Assembly: GCA_964016885.1 (NCBI GenBank)
Contig: OZ024742.1
Location: 313,100,001 to 313,164,000, forward strand
Origin: Eledone cirrhosa
Lineage: Eukaryota
Direction of reading: 5' to 3'
Length of the DNA stretch: 64,000 nt
The notes under the pieces were generated by a model. It saw nothing but the letters and a program-made list of their open reading frames with translations, made no database searches and was not told the DNA's origin. Shown in pieces: positions 11,713-24,008 of the stretch (its first letter is position 1; each line of letters opens with the position of its first letter). The translations under genes and the position numbers were made by a program.

Positions 11713-12502
11713 GGCGATATCCAATTTTAGCTGTCTAAATGCCGCTTACTTGCTGCAGTTGCTGCTTACTTCAATGTATGAGGCTATTCCAACAAATTTA
11801 CATTCCCCTTTTTTTTAGCCGTTAAAAGAAATATAGATTTTTTTTTTTTTTGTGTGTGTGTGATTTATTTGCCACTGGGGCATAGATTTCTTTATTTGCC
11901 CCTTTTTTATTTGTTTTTTTTTTTTGCGATTTATTAGCCTTTTGGGGTCACACACACACTCGTAGAAAGTGTGCGACCTTTCTGCCAGGGAGTACAGAGA
12001 GAGGGGGGTGCTCCCTTCTTCTCTTACCTGTACAAGCCGATATAGAGAGAGAGATGGCCCACTTACACGGGCCATTATTGCTACTTTCACCCGAAAAAGG
12101 CACTCAGTCCCAGCCAATTCCATGAAAGATGGGTGAAAGTAGCAATAATGGCCCGTGTTAGTGGGCCATCTCTCTATATCGGCTTGTACAGGTAAGAGAA
12201 GGGAGCACCCCCCTCTCTCTGTACTCCCTGGCAGAAAGGTCGCACACTTTCTACGGGGGCGTGTGTGACCCCAAAAGGCTAATAAATCGCAAAAAAAACA
12301 AACAAACAAAAAAGGGGCAAATAAAGAAATCTATGCCCCAGTGGCAAATAAATCGCAAAAAAATAAAAATAAATAAATCTATATTTCTTTTAACGGCTAA
12401 AAAAAGGGGGAATGTAAATTTGTTGGAATAGCCTCATACATTGAAGTAAGCAGCAACTGCAGCAAGTAAGCGGCATTTAGACAGCTAAAATTGGATATCG
12501 CC
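11713..12502. mobile_element. Foldback/MITE-type DNA element, ~380-bp arms, 38-bp loop, 8-bp TSD (Merlin- or Mutator-like ends)
   Basis: GGCGATATCC...GGATATCGCC termini; AACTATTC at 11705-11712 and 12503-12510; arms 11713-12092 and 12131-12502. Confidence 0.9.
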
Positions 12503-12596
12503 AACTATTCTTTTTGATGTAAAAAAAAATGATTTCGTTGTTTACTATACTCGTAATATGTAGGTAGAAAGCGAAAGATTTGCCTAAAACCTGCCT

Positions 12597-12838
12597 GTGA
12601 AGACATATGGCTTAGTAGTTAGAGCGTCGGGCTTACGATCATGAGGTTGTGAGCTCGATTCTTGGATGGGCTTTCCATTGTGTTCTTGAGCAAGACTCTT
12701 TATTTCATGTTGCACCAGTTCACTCAGCTGTAGAAATGAGTTGCGACGTCACTGGTGCCAAGCTGTATCGGCATTTTCCTTCCTTTGGACAACATCGGTG
12801 GCGTGGAGAACGGAGACTGGTATGCATGGGCGACTCGT
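12597..12838 (+). mobile_element. tRNA-head CORE-type SINE (second family)
   Basis: TGGCTTAGTAG A box, GCTCGATTC B box, TTCTTGAGCAAGAC core. Confidence 0.7.
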
Positions 12839-12992
12839 GATAAAGAAACTATACCTGAGAAACTTGAAGGCGGTCATCCAGACTGGCATCTACTGGCTCT
12901 GGCCACCTTCAGGTTTTAAACATTTCTCTCTACTTTTCAGCCCCTTGGATTGTGTCAACCATTATTATGTTCCTTTATTAGATAAATTTCGT

Positions 12993-13052
12993 AACACCTG
13001 ATGATGTCACCGGGTTCCTACAGAACCCGGTCATTGAAATGTGCATAGTGTT
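12993..13052 (+). ncRNA. Type I hammerhead ribozyme
   Basis: AACAC-CTGATGA-..ACCGGGTTC ctaca GAACCCGGT..-GAAA-TGTGCA-TA-GTGTT. Confidence 0.7.
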
Positions 13053-13119
13053 TGTAATAAATCTTTAAGGAATTTCACCAGTCCAGCCTCTTGTCATTTT
13101 ACTTAATGATATATATATC

Positions 13120-13690
13120 GTGTATACATATATTTATTCTTTTAATATCCAATTGAGTTCTTAAACACGTGGTTATAATACCTAACAGGTTTAAATGACC
13201 AGCGTATATATTGTTTTATATTTTAAGATGACCTCCCCTTACCCTCTTGAGGGCAGCGTGTATTTTATCTTTATAAGGACTGCTGGCCTTTCGAATCTAG
13301 CAGTCTCTTTAGCGCTGAAGGAGACCATCACTAATTTATTAATGTCGATGTAATTTTTATATCGATATTATTTGGGCATCCACTGATGAGTTTATAAGAG
13401 CCCGCTTGTGTATAAGACTACGGATTATATACAAGTTTCTACATAACCTGGACATTATTTATCCTAAATTGTAGAAATCTTATAACGAAACGATCGTCTG
13501 GAAGGAAAGAGAGATTTATTTAATTATGTCTTATATAAAATAATACAACCAACTATCCACGAAATACTGATTAGTTAGCACCCCAAACACTAAATTGGGA
13601 GAATACTTAGGTATATCCTAATGTTTGTTGAGTGAGATGGAGTTGGTCAGAGTATCGCTTAAGGCTTTCTCTGTTAATGTATTAAATATA
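13120..13690 (+). mobile_element. Hammerhead-bearing non-coding element (retrozyme/Penelope pLTR-like), 5'-truncated relative of 28749-29563
   Basis: Colinear homology to ~29000-29563; same 3' end CTCTGTTAATGTATTAAATAT. Confidence 0.7.
13379..13502 (+). ncRNA. Type I hammerhead with extended, branched stem II
   Basis: TCCA-CTGATGA-G(T)TTATAAG..CTTATAAC-GAAA-CGATCG-TC-TGGA; predicted cleavage after 13498. Confidence 0.75.
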
Positions 13691-14481
13691 TATATATATA
13701 TATACGATATTAAACAAATGGAAACTATATTTATAAAACCATATTTATTTCATTATACATATTTCAGGGATACCATATTAAAAATATGGCATGCCTTCTT
13801 CAGATAAAATACAATATATAAGCAGTTTTATAAATAAATTTGACGTACCATAAAATATTGATCAACTTCCATTTAAAAAAGTTGGTTTGGTAGTGAAATG
13901 TTTGTAAATATTTAGTGTTAAGCACAGTTAGAAAGAAAGACGGAGAGAAGGAATAAATGTATGTAAAGAAAAACAGAGAGAGATAGAGAGAGATATGGGA
14001 GAGAGAAATAGTGAGGAGGTGAAAAATGAGAGGCAGCTGAGGCAACAGATGAATAATAATTCATCGTACAAATTGAGAGATTTAGGAGGGAGGGAGTACT
14101 GTAATTATTTATTTATTTATTTATTTAGTTATAGTGTTAAGGAGACGGAGAGAAATAAAAAATAACTAAAGAGAAAACAGCGATACTTAAATTACATCAT
14201 GTATAGAGGGAGGAGAAGAAAGCTATATCTAGAGAGAAGGATGACAGACTTACAACTTTACGTTATGTCCTATCAATTTGAATTATCAATTCATATGAAT
14301 TGGGTATTATACTGTAAATATCAATATTCATGAATGAGACATAGATATATAATGTGTGAAAAATAATGACCATATGTTTAGTTTAAAAATTCTTAGGTCG
14401 ATATATCAAAAACCGCTCTGTACACAGCTAAGTATTCTATAAGTCTCTAGCTGTGTCGTTCTCGATAAAAGCACTGGATAT

Positions 14482-14524
14482 GTAATCCTGAAGATTTCTA
14501 ATAAGAATGAAACGCGTAGGTTAC
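14482..14524 (+). ncRNA. Minimal type I hammerhead (Penelope-type, palindromic CGCG stem III)
   Basis: GTAATC-CTGAAGA-T TTCT aata AGAA T-GAAA-CGCG-TA-GGTTAC. Confidence 0.75.
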
Positions 14525-14682
14525 TTCCCTTGCTTTTATCGAGAATCTCAAATTGTAATACGTGACGTATTCTATTCTATAGCGATTAGGTCTTCAAAAT
14601 GTTTATTATAAACATACAGAATATTTTCGAATATTCTATGTTTGTCTTCACATATATATCGCTATTTCAGAGCATTAAATCC

Positions 14683-14686
<4 letters not shown>

Positions 14687-14755
<69 letters not shown>
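14687..14755. repeat. (TA)n microsatellite
   Basis: Direct reading. Confidence 0.95.
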
Positions 14756-14759
<4 letters not shown>

Positions 14760-15039
14760 ATTATGTATGTATATACATATTGTGCAAGTGCTAGTATACT
14801 TTGTAAAGTGATTGGTTATAGGAAGGGCGTCCAGTTGTAGAAACCATGCTAAAACAAGAGCTGAGCGGACTCTTCAGTTGTGACAATGACATGACAACCC
14901 TCTAGTGCTGGAGAGTGTGGAGTGTAAGTAAGTGTGATGCAGCCCCTAGCTTATCTATGAGATCGGTAGATCTGATAAATTACTGACTTGGTTTATGCTA
15001 ACCTGTCCCTCATTTTCTTGCAGGGAAGACAGACGTTAG

Positions 15040-15665
15040 ATAATGATGATGATGGTGTTGATGGTGTTGATAGTGATGTTGGTAGTGGTAGTGATGGGGA
15101 TGATGATGATGGTGGTGGTGGTGATGGTGTTAGTGGTGATAGTGGTGGTGGGATGATGGCGATGGTGGTGGTGATGGTGTTGATAGTGATGGTGGTAGTG
15201 GTGGTGGCAGGGATGATGATGGTGGTGTTGGTGGTGGTGGTGCAATGATGGTGATGATGATGATGATGATGATGGTGGTGGTGATGGTGATAGTGGTGGT
15301 GGCAGGGATGATGGTGATGGTAATGATGGTGGTGGGGATGATGATGATGATGGTGGTGGTGGTGCTGATAGTCGTGGTGGCAGGGATGATGGTGATGGTA
15401 ATGATGGTGGTGGAAATGATGATGATGGTGGTGGTGGTGGTGGTAGTGATGATGGTGCTGGTGGTGATAGTGATAGTGGTGGGGATGATAATGGTGGTGA
15501 TAGTGGTGGTGGTAGTAGTGGTGATAGCGGTAGTGGCGGGGATGAGGTTTATGATGATGATGATGAAGGTGGTGGTGATGATGATGATGCTATTGGTAGT
15601 GATGATGGTGGTGTCAGAGATGGTGGTGGTGGTGATAATGGCGGGGATGATGATGATGATGATGA
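15040..15665. repeat. (GGT/GAT)n degenerate trinucleotide tract
   Basis: Direct reading; source of the poly-M/V/H ORFs. Confidence 0.95.
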
Positions 15666-15759
15666 TATTCATTCAGATTTCACGATCTGCTCTATCACTG
15701 CTCTGTTTTCTGCAGTCGTTCAGGTGACAAGAAGATGTAGTAAATTATCAGACTCAGTG

Positions 15760-15942
15760 TGGTGGATTGGCAGTGTCGGTAGAAGGTCGGACATGCTTTC
15801 AGCACAGTTACGTCCCTTTACAGACTGAGTTCAAATCCAGCCGAGGTTAACTTTACCTTTCATCCTTACAGGGTCGATAAAATAAAGTACCAGTAATATA
15901 CTGGGTAATTGCTGGCCTTGTGCCAAAAGTAGAAACAATTAT
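15760..15942 (+). mobile_element. Deu/Nin-domain-like SINE
   Basis: GAGTTCAAATCC B box, then CCTTTCATCCTT..GGTCGATAAAATAAAGTACC, ends AGAAACAATTAT. Confidence 0.8.
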
Positions 15943-16004
15943 CAGACTCAGTCAATACTCTGCTTCAAATGTACTCTTTCTCTTGTTTCTCCATTAAAAC
16001 ATAT

Positions 16005-16640
16005 TTATGTGTATGTATGTGTGCGCGTGTGAATGTGTGTGTATGTGCGTGTGTGTATGTATGTGTGTGTGCATGTGTATGTGTATGTGTGTGAACGTCA
16101 GTATGTGTATGTGTGTGTATATGCATGTGAATGTGTGTGTGTGTGTGTGTATCTCTGTGTGTGAATGTGCATGTAACTACTACAAATTGTATGTGTGCTC
16201 ACTTCTCTATTGGACATCAGCAGACATGACTGATCACATCAATGGTCGCCCTCTCTCTCTCGCCCTCTCTTTGTATCTAACTTCTCTCTCTCTCTCGTCC
16301 TCTCTCTCGTCCTCTCTCCCTCTCTTCCTCTCTCTCTTTCTCTCGGCCTCTCTCTTTCTCTCTTCCTCCCTTTGTATCTCTAACTTCTCTCTTTCTCTCA
16401 TCCTCTCTCTCTTTCTCTCTTTCTCTCTTCCTCTCTCATTCTCTTTCTCTCTTCCTCTCTCTCTCTTTCTCTCTTTGTATCTCTAACTTCTCTCTCTCTT
16501 TCTCTCGTCTTCTGTCTCTCTTTGCATCTCTAACTTCTCTCTCACTATCTCTCACTCCTGACTCTCTCTCTCTCTCTTGTCTCCCTCTCTCTATCACCCT
16601 TCTCTATCTCTGTCATGTCTCTCCCTCCTCTATCTCCCTC

Positions 16641-16684
<44 letters not shown>

Positions 16685-16910
16685 TCCTCCTCTATCTCTC
16701 TCACGTCTCTCTCCTTCTCTCTACCCCCTCTACCTCTCTCATGTCTCTCTTCCTCTCTCTATAACCCTCTTTTATTTCTCCCTTATCGCCCTCCCCTCTC
16801 ACTTTCTCTTGTCACTATCTCTATATATCCCCCTCCTTCTCCATTTCTTTCATCTCTATCTATATCTTCCCACCCCTTTTCTCTACCTATATCATCCCAC
16901 CCTCTCTCTT
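16005..16910. repeat. (TG)n then (CT)n-rich low-complexity tracts
   Basis: Direct reading. Confidence 0.9.
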
Positions 16911-17789
16911 AGCAACTTCATCTGAAACTTCATTCCAGAGAGTAATCAGCCATGATCAGTTCTGGTTCTTCATCAATATAGCCTATTATTCTCCATTTCT
17001 CAAGAAAATATACAGGGAGAGAGTTTGTTAAGTTTAATCTAAGTAAATTATTATTTCTATTACATTTATTAATATTGAGCATCATCCTTAACTGATAGAA
17101 ATTGTATGTATGCTCTCTTTATTGAACACCATGAAAACATGGGATTTTATGAATGGTGTGGGCCTCCTACCATTTTTGTTCTGTTTGGTAGATCCACCAT
17201 AAAAACTTAGTACTATCCATGGCTGGGGATTAACCATTAAGTAAAATAAGCAAATGCTGAGGGCATCGCATCAAGAGAAGATTGGCACCATTTTATCAAA
17301 ATTAAATAGCACCCAGTACTCACTGTAAATGAGGTTAGCACTAGGAAGGGCATACAATTGTAGAAACCAAGCTGAGGGCATCAAGAGAAGATTGGCACCA
17401 TTTTATCAAAATTAAATAGCACCCAGTACATACTGTAATGAGATTGGCATTAGGAAAGGCATCCAGTTGTTGAAACTAAGCCAAAATCAGTTCTGTATGA
17501 GCAAGACATGGTCACCTGACCTGACAGTGCTCACAAAAGGATAACTCGTCTAACCCATGCTAGCATGGAAAAGTGGAAGGTAAATGGTGATGATGATGAT
17601 TAGGACAACATAACCCTCTCTAAATATAAAAATATATTTGCAAGTTGCTCCAAAAATTATTTTTTGTAGACTTTATATATAGGGGACACCATAATTTTTA
17701 AGTACTTAGGTCCCAAAAAGGACTTAATCTTGTTCTGCCACCACCACCACCACCTTATCTAAATACAATGGAGACAGCTTCATTTCCAA

Positions 17790-18064
17790 CCGGCTGCTTC
17801 AAAACACTAAGGGCTGCTCTTGGCAAATTGTGACAGTCTCAAGAGATTTGTAACCATCTGGTGGAGACTTCTGGTGACCTTGGTCCTAGGGCTACCTCTC
17901 TGCTCACCATCATCGGCACAGAGCTGGAAACCCACAGGTGTGAGCCTCACAAGCAGGAAAAGCTCTTCCAGCGTGTCTCCCTCACCATCCTCTGGGGAAA
18001 TGCCTTCTCCTGTGCCGTCATAATGTTTTCCTTGATGTAAACCCTTTGTGGTTAATAAAAAAAA
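17790..18064 (+). mobile_element. 3' end of a CRE-like (restriction-like endonuclease) non-LTR retrotransposon
   Basis: Frame from 17858 reads LVETSGDLGPRATSLL...KLFQRVSLTILWGNA, stop at 18038-18040, then AATAAA and poly-A. Confidence 0.6.
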
Positions 18065-18430
18065 TCTGAGTTCAAATCCCACTGAGGTTAAATTTGCCTT
18101 TCATCCTTACAGGGTCAATAAAATAAAGCACCAGTAATGCACTGGGATAATTGCTGGCCTTGTGCCAAAGGAAGAAACAATTATTATTATTATTTGTTAT
18201 AGGTGGTGGATTGGCAAGATTATTGGAGCATCAGGTGAAATGCATTTTTGGTTTTTGTTCTAGTTCTTCTCATTCTGAGTAAAAATCTTGCTGAAGTTAG
18301 TTTTACCTTTCATCCTTATAGGATCGATAAAATAAGGCACTAGTAATGCAATGAGGTTGATTTAATCGTTTTTTTCCATGCATCCAAAATTGTTGGCTTT
18401 GTGCCTAAATCAAAAACCATTATTATTATT
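18065..18430 (+). mobile_element. Two tandem Deu/Nin-like SINE copies
   Basis: CCTTTCATCCTTA..GATAAAATAA motif twice, (ATT)n tails. Confidence 0.75.
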
Positions 18431-18884
18431 CTGGTGGCCATGGTAAAAGAGGTTGCATGGTGGATGCTTCTGAAAGGGTTGAAGACAGGCACTTTCCTCT
18501 TCGGTGATGCCCACATTAAGTTTTTCAGGTTTCACCTGAAAAGGAAAATCAGGGTGGAGAGGAAAGTGTTATCTTCCAGCCAGTTTGTAGAAAGGTGGGT
18601 GAGAAAGGCAAGAATGACCCATGTGAATGTGCCTGCTCTGAGCATATGTATCGTAGGAGGAAGACTGGATGAGGATGCTTGCCCTAGTAATCAGGGTAAC
18701 CGTGGCTTTTTTGTAGGCTTTCTCCATGAGTAACCCTCGGCAGTCACCCCCCTATTGGAGAATTTTTCCTTGTTTCTTTTTTCTACATATAATTTTGCTT
18801 TTGATTTTTTTACATGCTGAAATGCCCATTTGTACCGTCCTTAATGTTATACTTTATGTCAACCCTTGTAGTTAATAAAGAAAG
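18431..18884 (+). mobile_element. 5'-truncated Tx1-family LINE (ORF2 C-terminus + 3' UTR)
   Basis: VAMVKEVAWW..RKIRVERKVL..FVERWV; ends AATAAAGAAAG; flanked by CATTATTATTATT (18418-18430, 18885-18897). Confidence 0.85.
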
Positions 18885-18924
18885 CATTATTATTATTATT
18901 ATTATTATTATAATCATCATCAAT

Positions 18925-19140
18925 GGGTGGTGGATTGACAGAATCAGTAGAGCATCAGGTGAAATGCTTTTGTTCTGGCTCTTTACATTTTGAGTTCAAA
19001 TCCTGCCATGGAGAAGTTTACCTTTCATCCTTTCAGGATCGATAGAATAAAGTACCAATCAAATAATGCATTTGATATAATCAACTTTCTCTTTACCTAA
19101 ATAGCTGCCATTGTGCCAAAATTAGAAATTGTTATTATCA
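18925..19140 (+). mobile_element. Deu/Nin-like SINE
   Basis: Same head, B box and central motif. Confidence 0.7.
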
Positions 19141-19141
19141 T

Positions 19142-19203
19142 AACCCTAAACCCTGTCTTTGTATTGTCCCCTACATGTCGGACTTGTGGCCAATAAATTA
19201 AAT
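19142..19203 (+). mobile_element. Very short Tx1-family 3' terminus
   Basis: TTTGTATTGTCCC..CTTGTGGCCAATAAA resembles the reverse complement of 54525-54570. Confidence 0.5.
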
Positions 19204-19204
19204 C

Positions 19205-19242
19205 ATTATCATTACTATTATTCCTATTAATATAGTTAATAT

Positions 19243-19284
<42 letters not shown>

Positions 19285-19415
19285 TACTATCACCACCACC
19301 ACTACTATCACTTCTGCTACTATTACTACTACTACTATTAACACCACCATCACCACCACCACCACCACCACCACCACTACTACGACTACTACTACTACTA
19401 CCACTACTACTATCA
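19205..19415. repeat. (ACT/ACC)n trinucleotide tract
   Basis: Direct reading. Confidence 0.9.
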
Positions 19416-19674
19416 TCCTTCTCTCTCTCTCCTTCTTTTTCTTTCTCGCAGTGTTTTCTTCTTTTCTTCAACCTCATCACATGAAAGGAGGACAATAGAC
19501 AAAAAGTTTCCTTCCAGAAGATTCTTATCTAATCTTCACACCTAATCAGTGTGTAGTGTTGTTCTCCTTCTCAATACATTAAACAGCACATTCACAATGT
19601 TGATTACTACTGCACAACCCTTTGCCCCACATTTTCAATATACCATATTGGGGAAATTTCATTTGCCACTCATA

Positions 19675-19795
19675 TATGCACACACACACACACACACACA
19701 TACACACAAACACACACACACACACATGCATGAGTGTGTATGTGTATTTATCTTATCTCTCTTTCGCTCTCTCTCTCTCTCCCTCCCTCTCTCTC

Positions 19796-19839
<44 letters not shown>

Positions 19840-19951
19840 TATATATATATATATGTATATGTATATAGATATGTGTATATATATATATTTTTATATATGT
19901 GTGTGTATATGTATATAGATATGTGTATATATATATATATGTATATATGTA

Positions 19952-19982
<31 letters not shown>

Positions 19983-20280
19983 ATATGTATATATATATAT
20001 ATATGTATATATATATGTGTGTATATATATATATACATATATGTATACATATATATATATGCATATATATATATATATATATGTATATATATGTATACAT
20101 ATATATATATGTGTATATATATATGTATACATACATATATGTATATATGTATACATATATATATGTATATATATATGTATACATATATATGTATACATAT
20201 ATATATGTATATATATATATATGTATACATATATATATATGTATACACATATATATGTATATATATATATATGTGTATAC

Positions 20281-20312
<32 letters not shown>

Positions 20313-20953
20313 GTATACATATATATATATGTGTATATATATATGTGTATATATATATATGTATACATACATATATGTATATATATATGTGTATATATAT
20401 ATATGTATACATACATATATGTATATATATATATGTGTATATATATATATGTATACATACATATATGTATATATATATATGTGTATATTTATATGTATAC
20501 ATACATATATGTATATATATATACGTATACATATATATATATATATATGTATACATATATATGTATACATATATATATGTATATATATATATGTATACAT
20601 ATATATATATGTATATATATATATATGTATACATATATATATATGTATATATATATATATGTATACATATATATATATATGTATATATATATACATATAT
20701 ATATATATGTATACATATATATATATATATGTATATATATATACATATATATATGTATATATACATATATATATATGTATATATATATGTATATATACAT
20801 ATATATGTATACATATATATATATATATGTATATATATATACATATATATATGTATACATATATGTATATATATGCATACATATATATATATGTATATAT
20901 ATATATATGTATATATACACACATATATATATATATGTATACATATATATATG

Positions 20954-20998
<45 letters not shown>

Positions 20999-21007
20999 AC
21001 ATATATG

Positions 21008-21046
<39 letters not shown>

Positions 21047-21059
21047 GTATACATATATG

Positions 21060-21096
<37 letters not shown>

Positions 21097-21109
21097 GTAT
21101 ACATATATG

Positions 21110-21140
<31 letters not shown>

Positions 21141-21500
21141 GTATACATATATATATATGTGTGTATATATATATGTATATATATATATGTATACATATAT
21201 ATATATATATATGTGTATATATATATATGTGTATATATATATATATGTGTATATATATATGTGTGTATATATATATGTGTGTATATATATATGTATATAT
21301 ATATATATATGTATACATATATATATATATATGTATATATATGTATACATATAAATATGTGTATGAATATATGTGTATATATATATGTATACATATAAAT
21401 ATGTGTATGTATATATGTATATATATATATATATTGACAATGTATATGTATGTATGAAAGCATATATATATGTATATATACATGTATATAAATATTTATA

Positions 21501-21545
<45 letters not shown>

Positions 21546-21643
21546 GTATATATATATATATATGTGTGTATGTATATATATATATATATTGACTATATAT
21601 ATGTAAGCATATATATATGTATATATATATGTATATAAATATT

Positions 21644-21674
<31 letters not shown>

Positions 21675-21806
21675 GTATATATATATATATGTGTGTGTGT
21701 ATGTATATATATATATATTGACAATATATATGTATGTAAGCATATATATGTATATATAAATGTATATAAATATTTATATATATATGTATATATATATGTA
21801 TATATA

Positions 21807-21858
<52 letters not shown>

Positions 21859-21860
21859 CT
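19675..21860. repeat. ~2.2 kb compound (TA)n-rich microsatellite (TATG/TACA interruptions) after short (CA)n and (CT)n
   Basis: Direct reading; source of the long Y/I ORFs. Confidence 0.97.
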
Positions 21861-22181
21861 GACAATATATGCCCAAGAACTGGGCATGCATAGCATACAA
21901 ACACAATATATCTTCACTTTAAAAGGCAAAGAATTGGCTAAGATTAAAAGAATATGAATACCAAAGACATTTCATTCATCATGGAATTGGAGGAAATGAA
22001 ATGAATTGGATGAAATTAGATGTAGGGAATGGATGAAAGAGATGAATAAATTACAAAGGTGTGCTATCATAGGGAACTACTGGAATTTTGAAAATGTGTT
22101 GTTTCAGTCTTTTGAAGCCATTCTTGCTACTTTTATAATAATCCATTGTTTACACACTCAGACATTTCTCCCAATGGAAAC

Positions 22182-22423
22182 GGTGGTGGTGGTGGCGGCA
22201 GTGGTGGTCATGGTGGTGGTGGTGGTAGTGATGGTTATGGTCGTGGTGATGGTCATGGACATGGTGGTGGTGATGGTCATAGTGGTGGTGATGATGGTCA
22301 TGGTGGTGGTGGTCATGGTCATGATGGTGGTGGTGATGGTCATGGTGGTGGTGGTGGTGGTGGTGGTGGTGATGGTCATGGTGGTGGTGGTGGTGATGGT
22401 CATGGTCATGGTGGTGGTGATGG
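22182..22423. repeat. (GGT)n/GGTCAT tract
   Basis: Direct reading. Confidence 0.9.
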
Positions 22424-22611
22424 GGAGAAGGAGGTGTTTCTGGACCGTATTTTGTTTTTCCCCTCTGAGGAAGTAGAATGATTGGATAATAGACATGTTT
22501 GTTCAGTTACTTATATTATATTTCTTACTCTTGTTTTGTTGTTGTTGCTCTTATTATTTATTATTATTATTATTATTTATTATTATTATTATTATTATTA
22601 TCATTATCATA

Positions 22612-23085
22612 AGGGCAGGGGATTGGCAGAATCGGTAGACCATTGGACAACATGCTTTGTGGCATTGAGTTATGGCCCTTTATGGTGTGAGTTGAAATCC
22701 CACCAAAGTTAGCTTTGCTTTTCATCCTTATGAGATCGATAAAATAAAGTACCAGTAATGCACTGGGGACGATTTAATCAACTTTCTTCTTTCCACAAAA
22801 TTGCTGGCCTTGTGCCAATAGGAGAAACAATTATTAATATCATCATCATCAGGACAGTGGGTTGGTAAAATCCTTAGAGTGTTAGGTAAAATTCTTGTGG
22901 ATTTTATTCCTGTTCTTTACATTTTGAGTTCAAATTCCACCGAGGTCAAGTTTGCCTTTCATCTTTCTGGGGCTGGGTCGCTAAAATAAAACATCAGTCA
23001 CATACTAGGGTTGATTAAATTGACATTCCTCTTTGCTTCAAATTGCTGACCTTGTGCCAAATGTAAAAACAATTATTATTATCAT
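22612..23085 (+). mobile_element. Two tandem Deu/Nin-like SINE copies
   Basis: Family motifs at ~22720 and ~22955. Confidence 0.7.
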
Positions 23086-23099
23086 TAAGGTTAATTTTA

Positions 23100-24005
23100 T
23101 CACCATTGCACGTTTTGTGCAACATGTCTTTCCACAGCTCATATTGAATGAACTGCATCCCTGGGTCAAGTGGAGACCAAGGTTGGGTGACTTGCAATCT
23201 AGAATATTACCAGACACTCATGGCACTTTACCAAATGAACAATGCTTGCATGCAATAGAGGGTTAGTAGAAGGTTTGAGCAATAATGGTCTGGAATTGGC
23301 ACAGGGAATTGACAAGAGCAGTCAGAACAAGTTCTTCTGGAGAACTCTCAGGTTGGGGATTATGGACAATTTCCAAAAATTATTGGCATGACAGTGCTAC
23401 AGAGGAGTACTACCAGTTTGGAATGAGCTCTACAGCCAAGGAAGTACCAACAGCTGGACCTGTCCTAGTTGCACACTGGAAAACAAAACTGTCATGCATG
23501 CTATTACCCAGTGCTCCTTCATCACAGAGTTGTGGGCTTGCCTAAAAAAAAATGCTATCACATGTAGGACAGATCCAGCTATCAGCCAGATCTATAACAA
23601 TGATTAAACTGTCACTCCTTTAGAAAGGAGGTGTGGCAAATTTTCCTCTGCCTGGTAGCTATGGTAAAGGAAACTGTGTGGTGAACACACCTAAAAGGAT
23701 TGAGGACAGGAATCTTTTACTCTGGCCAAGCCCACATCAACTTCTTCGTATTTCACTTGTGGAAGAAGGTGAGGGTAGAGAGGGAGATACTGTCTTCCAG
23801 TGTGTTTTATGAAAGCTGGGTAAGAGCGGTAAATGGACGTACTCTGACTATGCTTTTCTGAGCAAAAGGAAGGAAACTGGGAGAGGACACTTTCAATGCC
23901 CATGAGGCAACAGAGTAGCCCAGGGTTTTGTGTCGGGGTTCTCCCTGGAATTAATCTAAAGTACAGTTCCCCTCACTATTGGGGAACTGGTCCTTGTTGA
24001 CGTTC
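23100..24005 (+). mobile_element. Old, degenerate Tx1-family ORF2 3' fragment
   Basis: FPQLILNELHPWVKWRPRLG, MDNFQKLLA*QCYRGVLPV, RKVRVE and 3' UTR CTATTGGGGA align to the 58-63 kb element. Confidence 0.75.
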
Positions 24006-24008
24006 ATT

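Noticed and set aside
14988-15727. Poly-His/Met/Val/Gly ORFs (also 22006-22496)
   Set aside because: Trinucleotide repeats open in several frames, with no splice or domain evidence
19549-21957. Long Y/I/M/C ORFs of up to 694 aa
   Set aside because: Translations of (TA)n microsatellite
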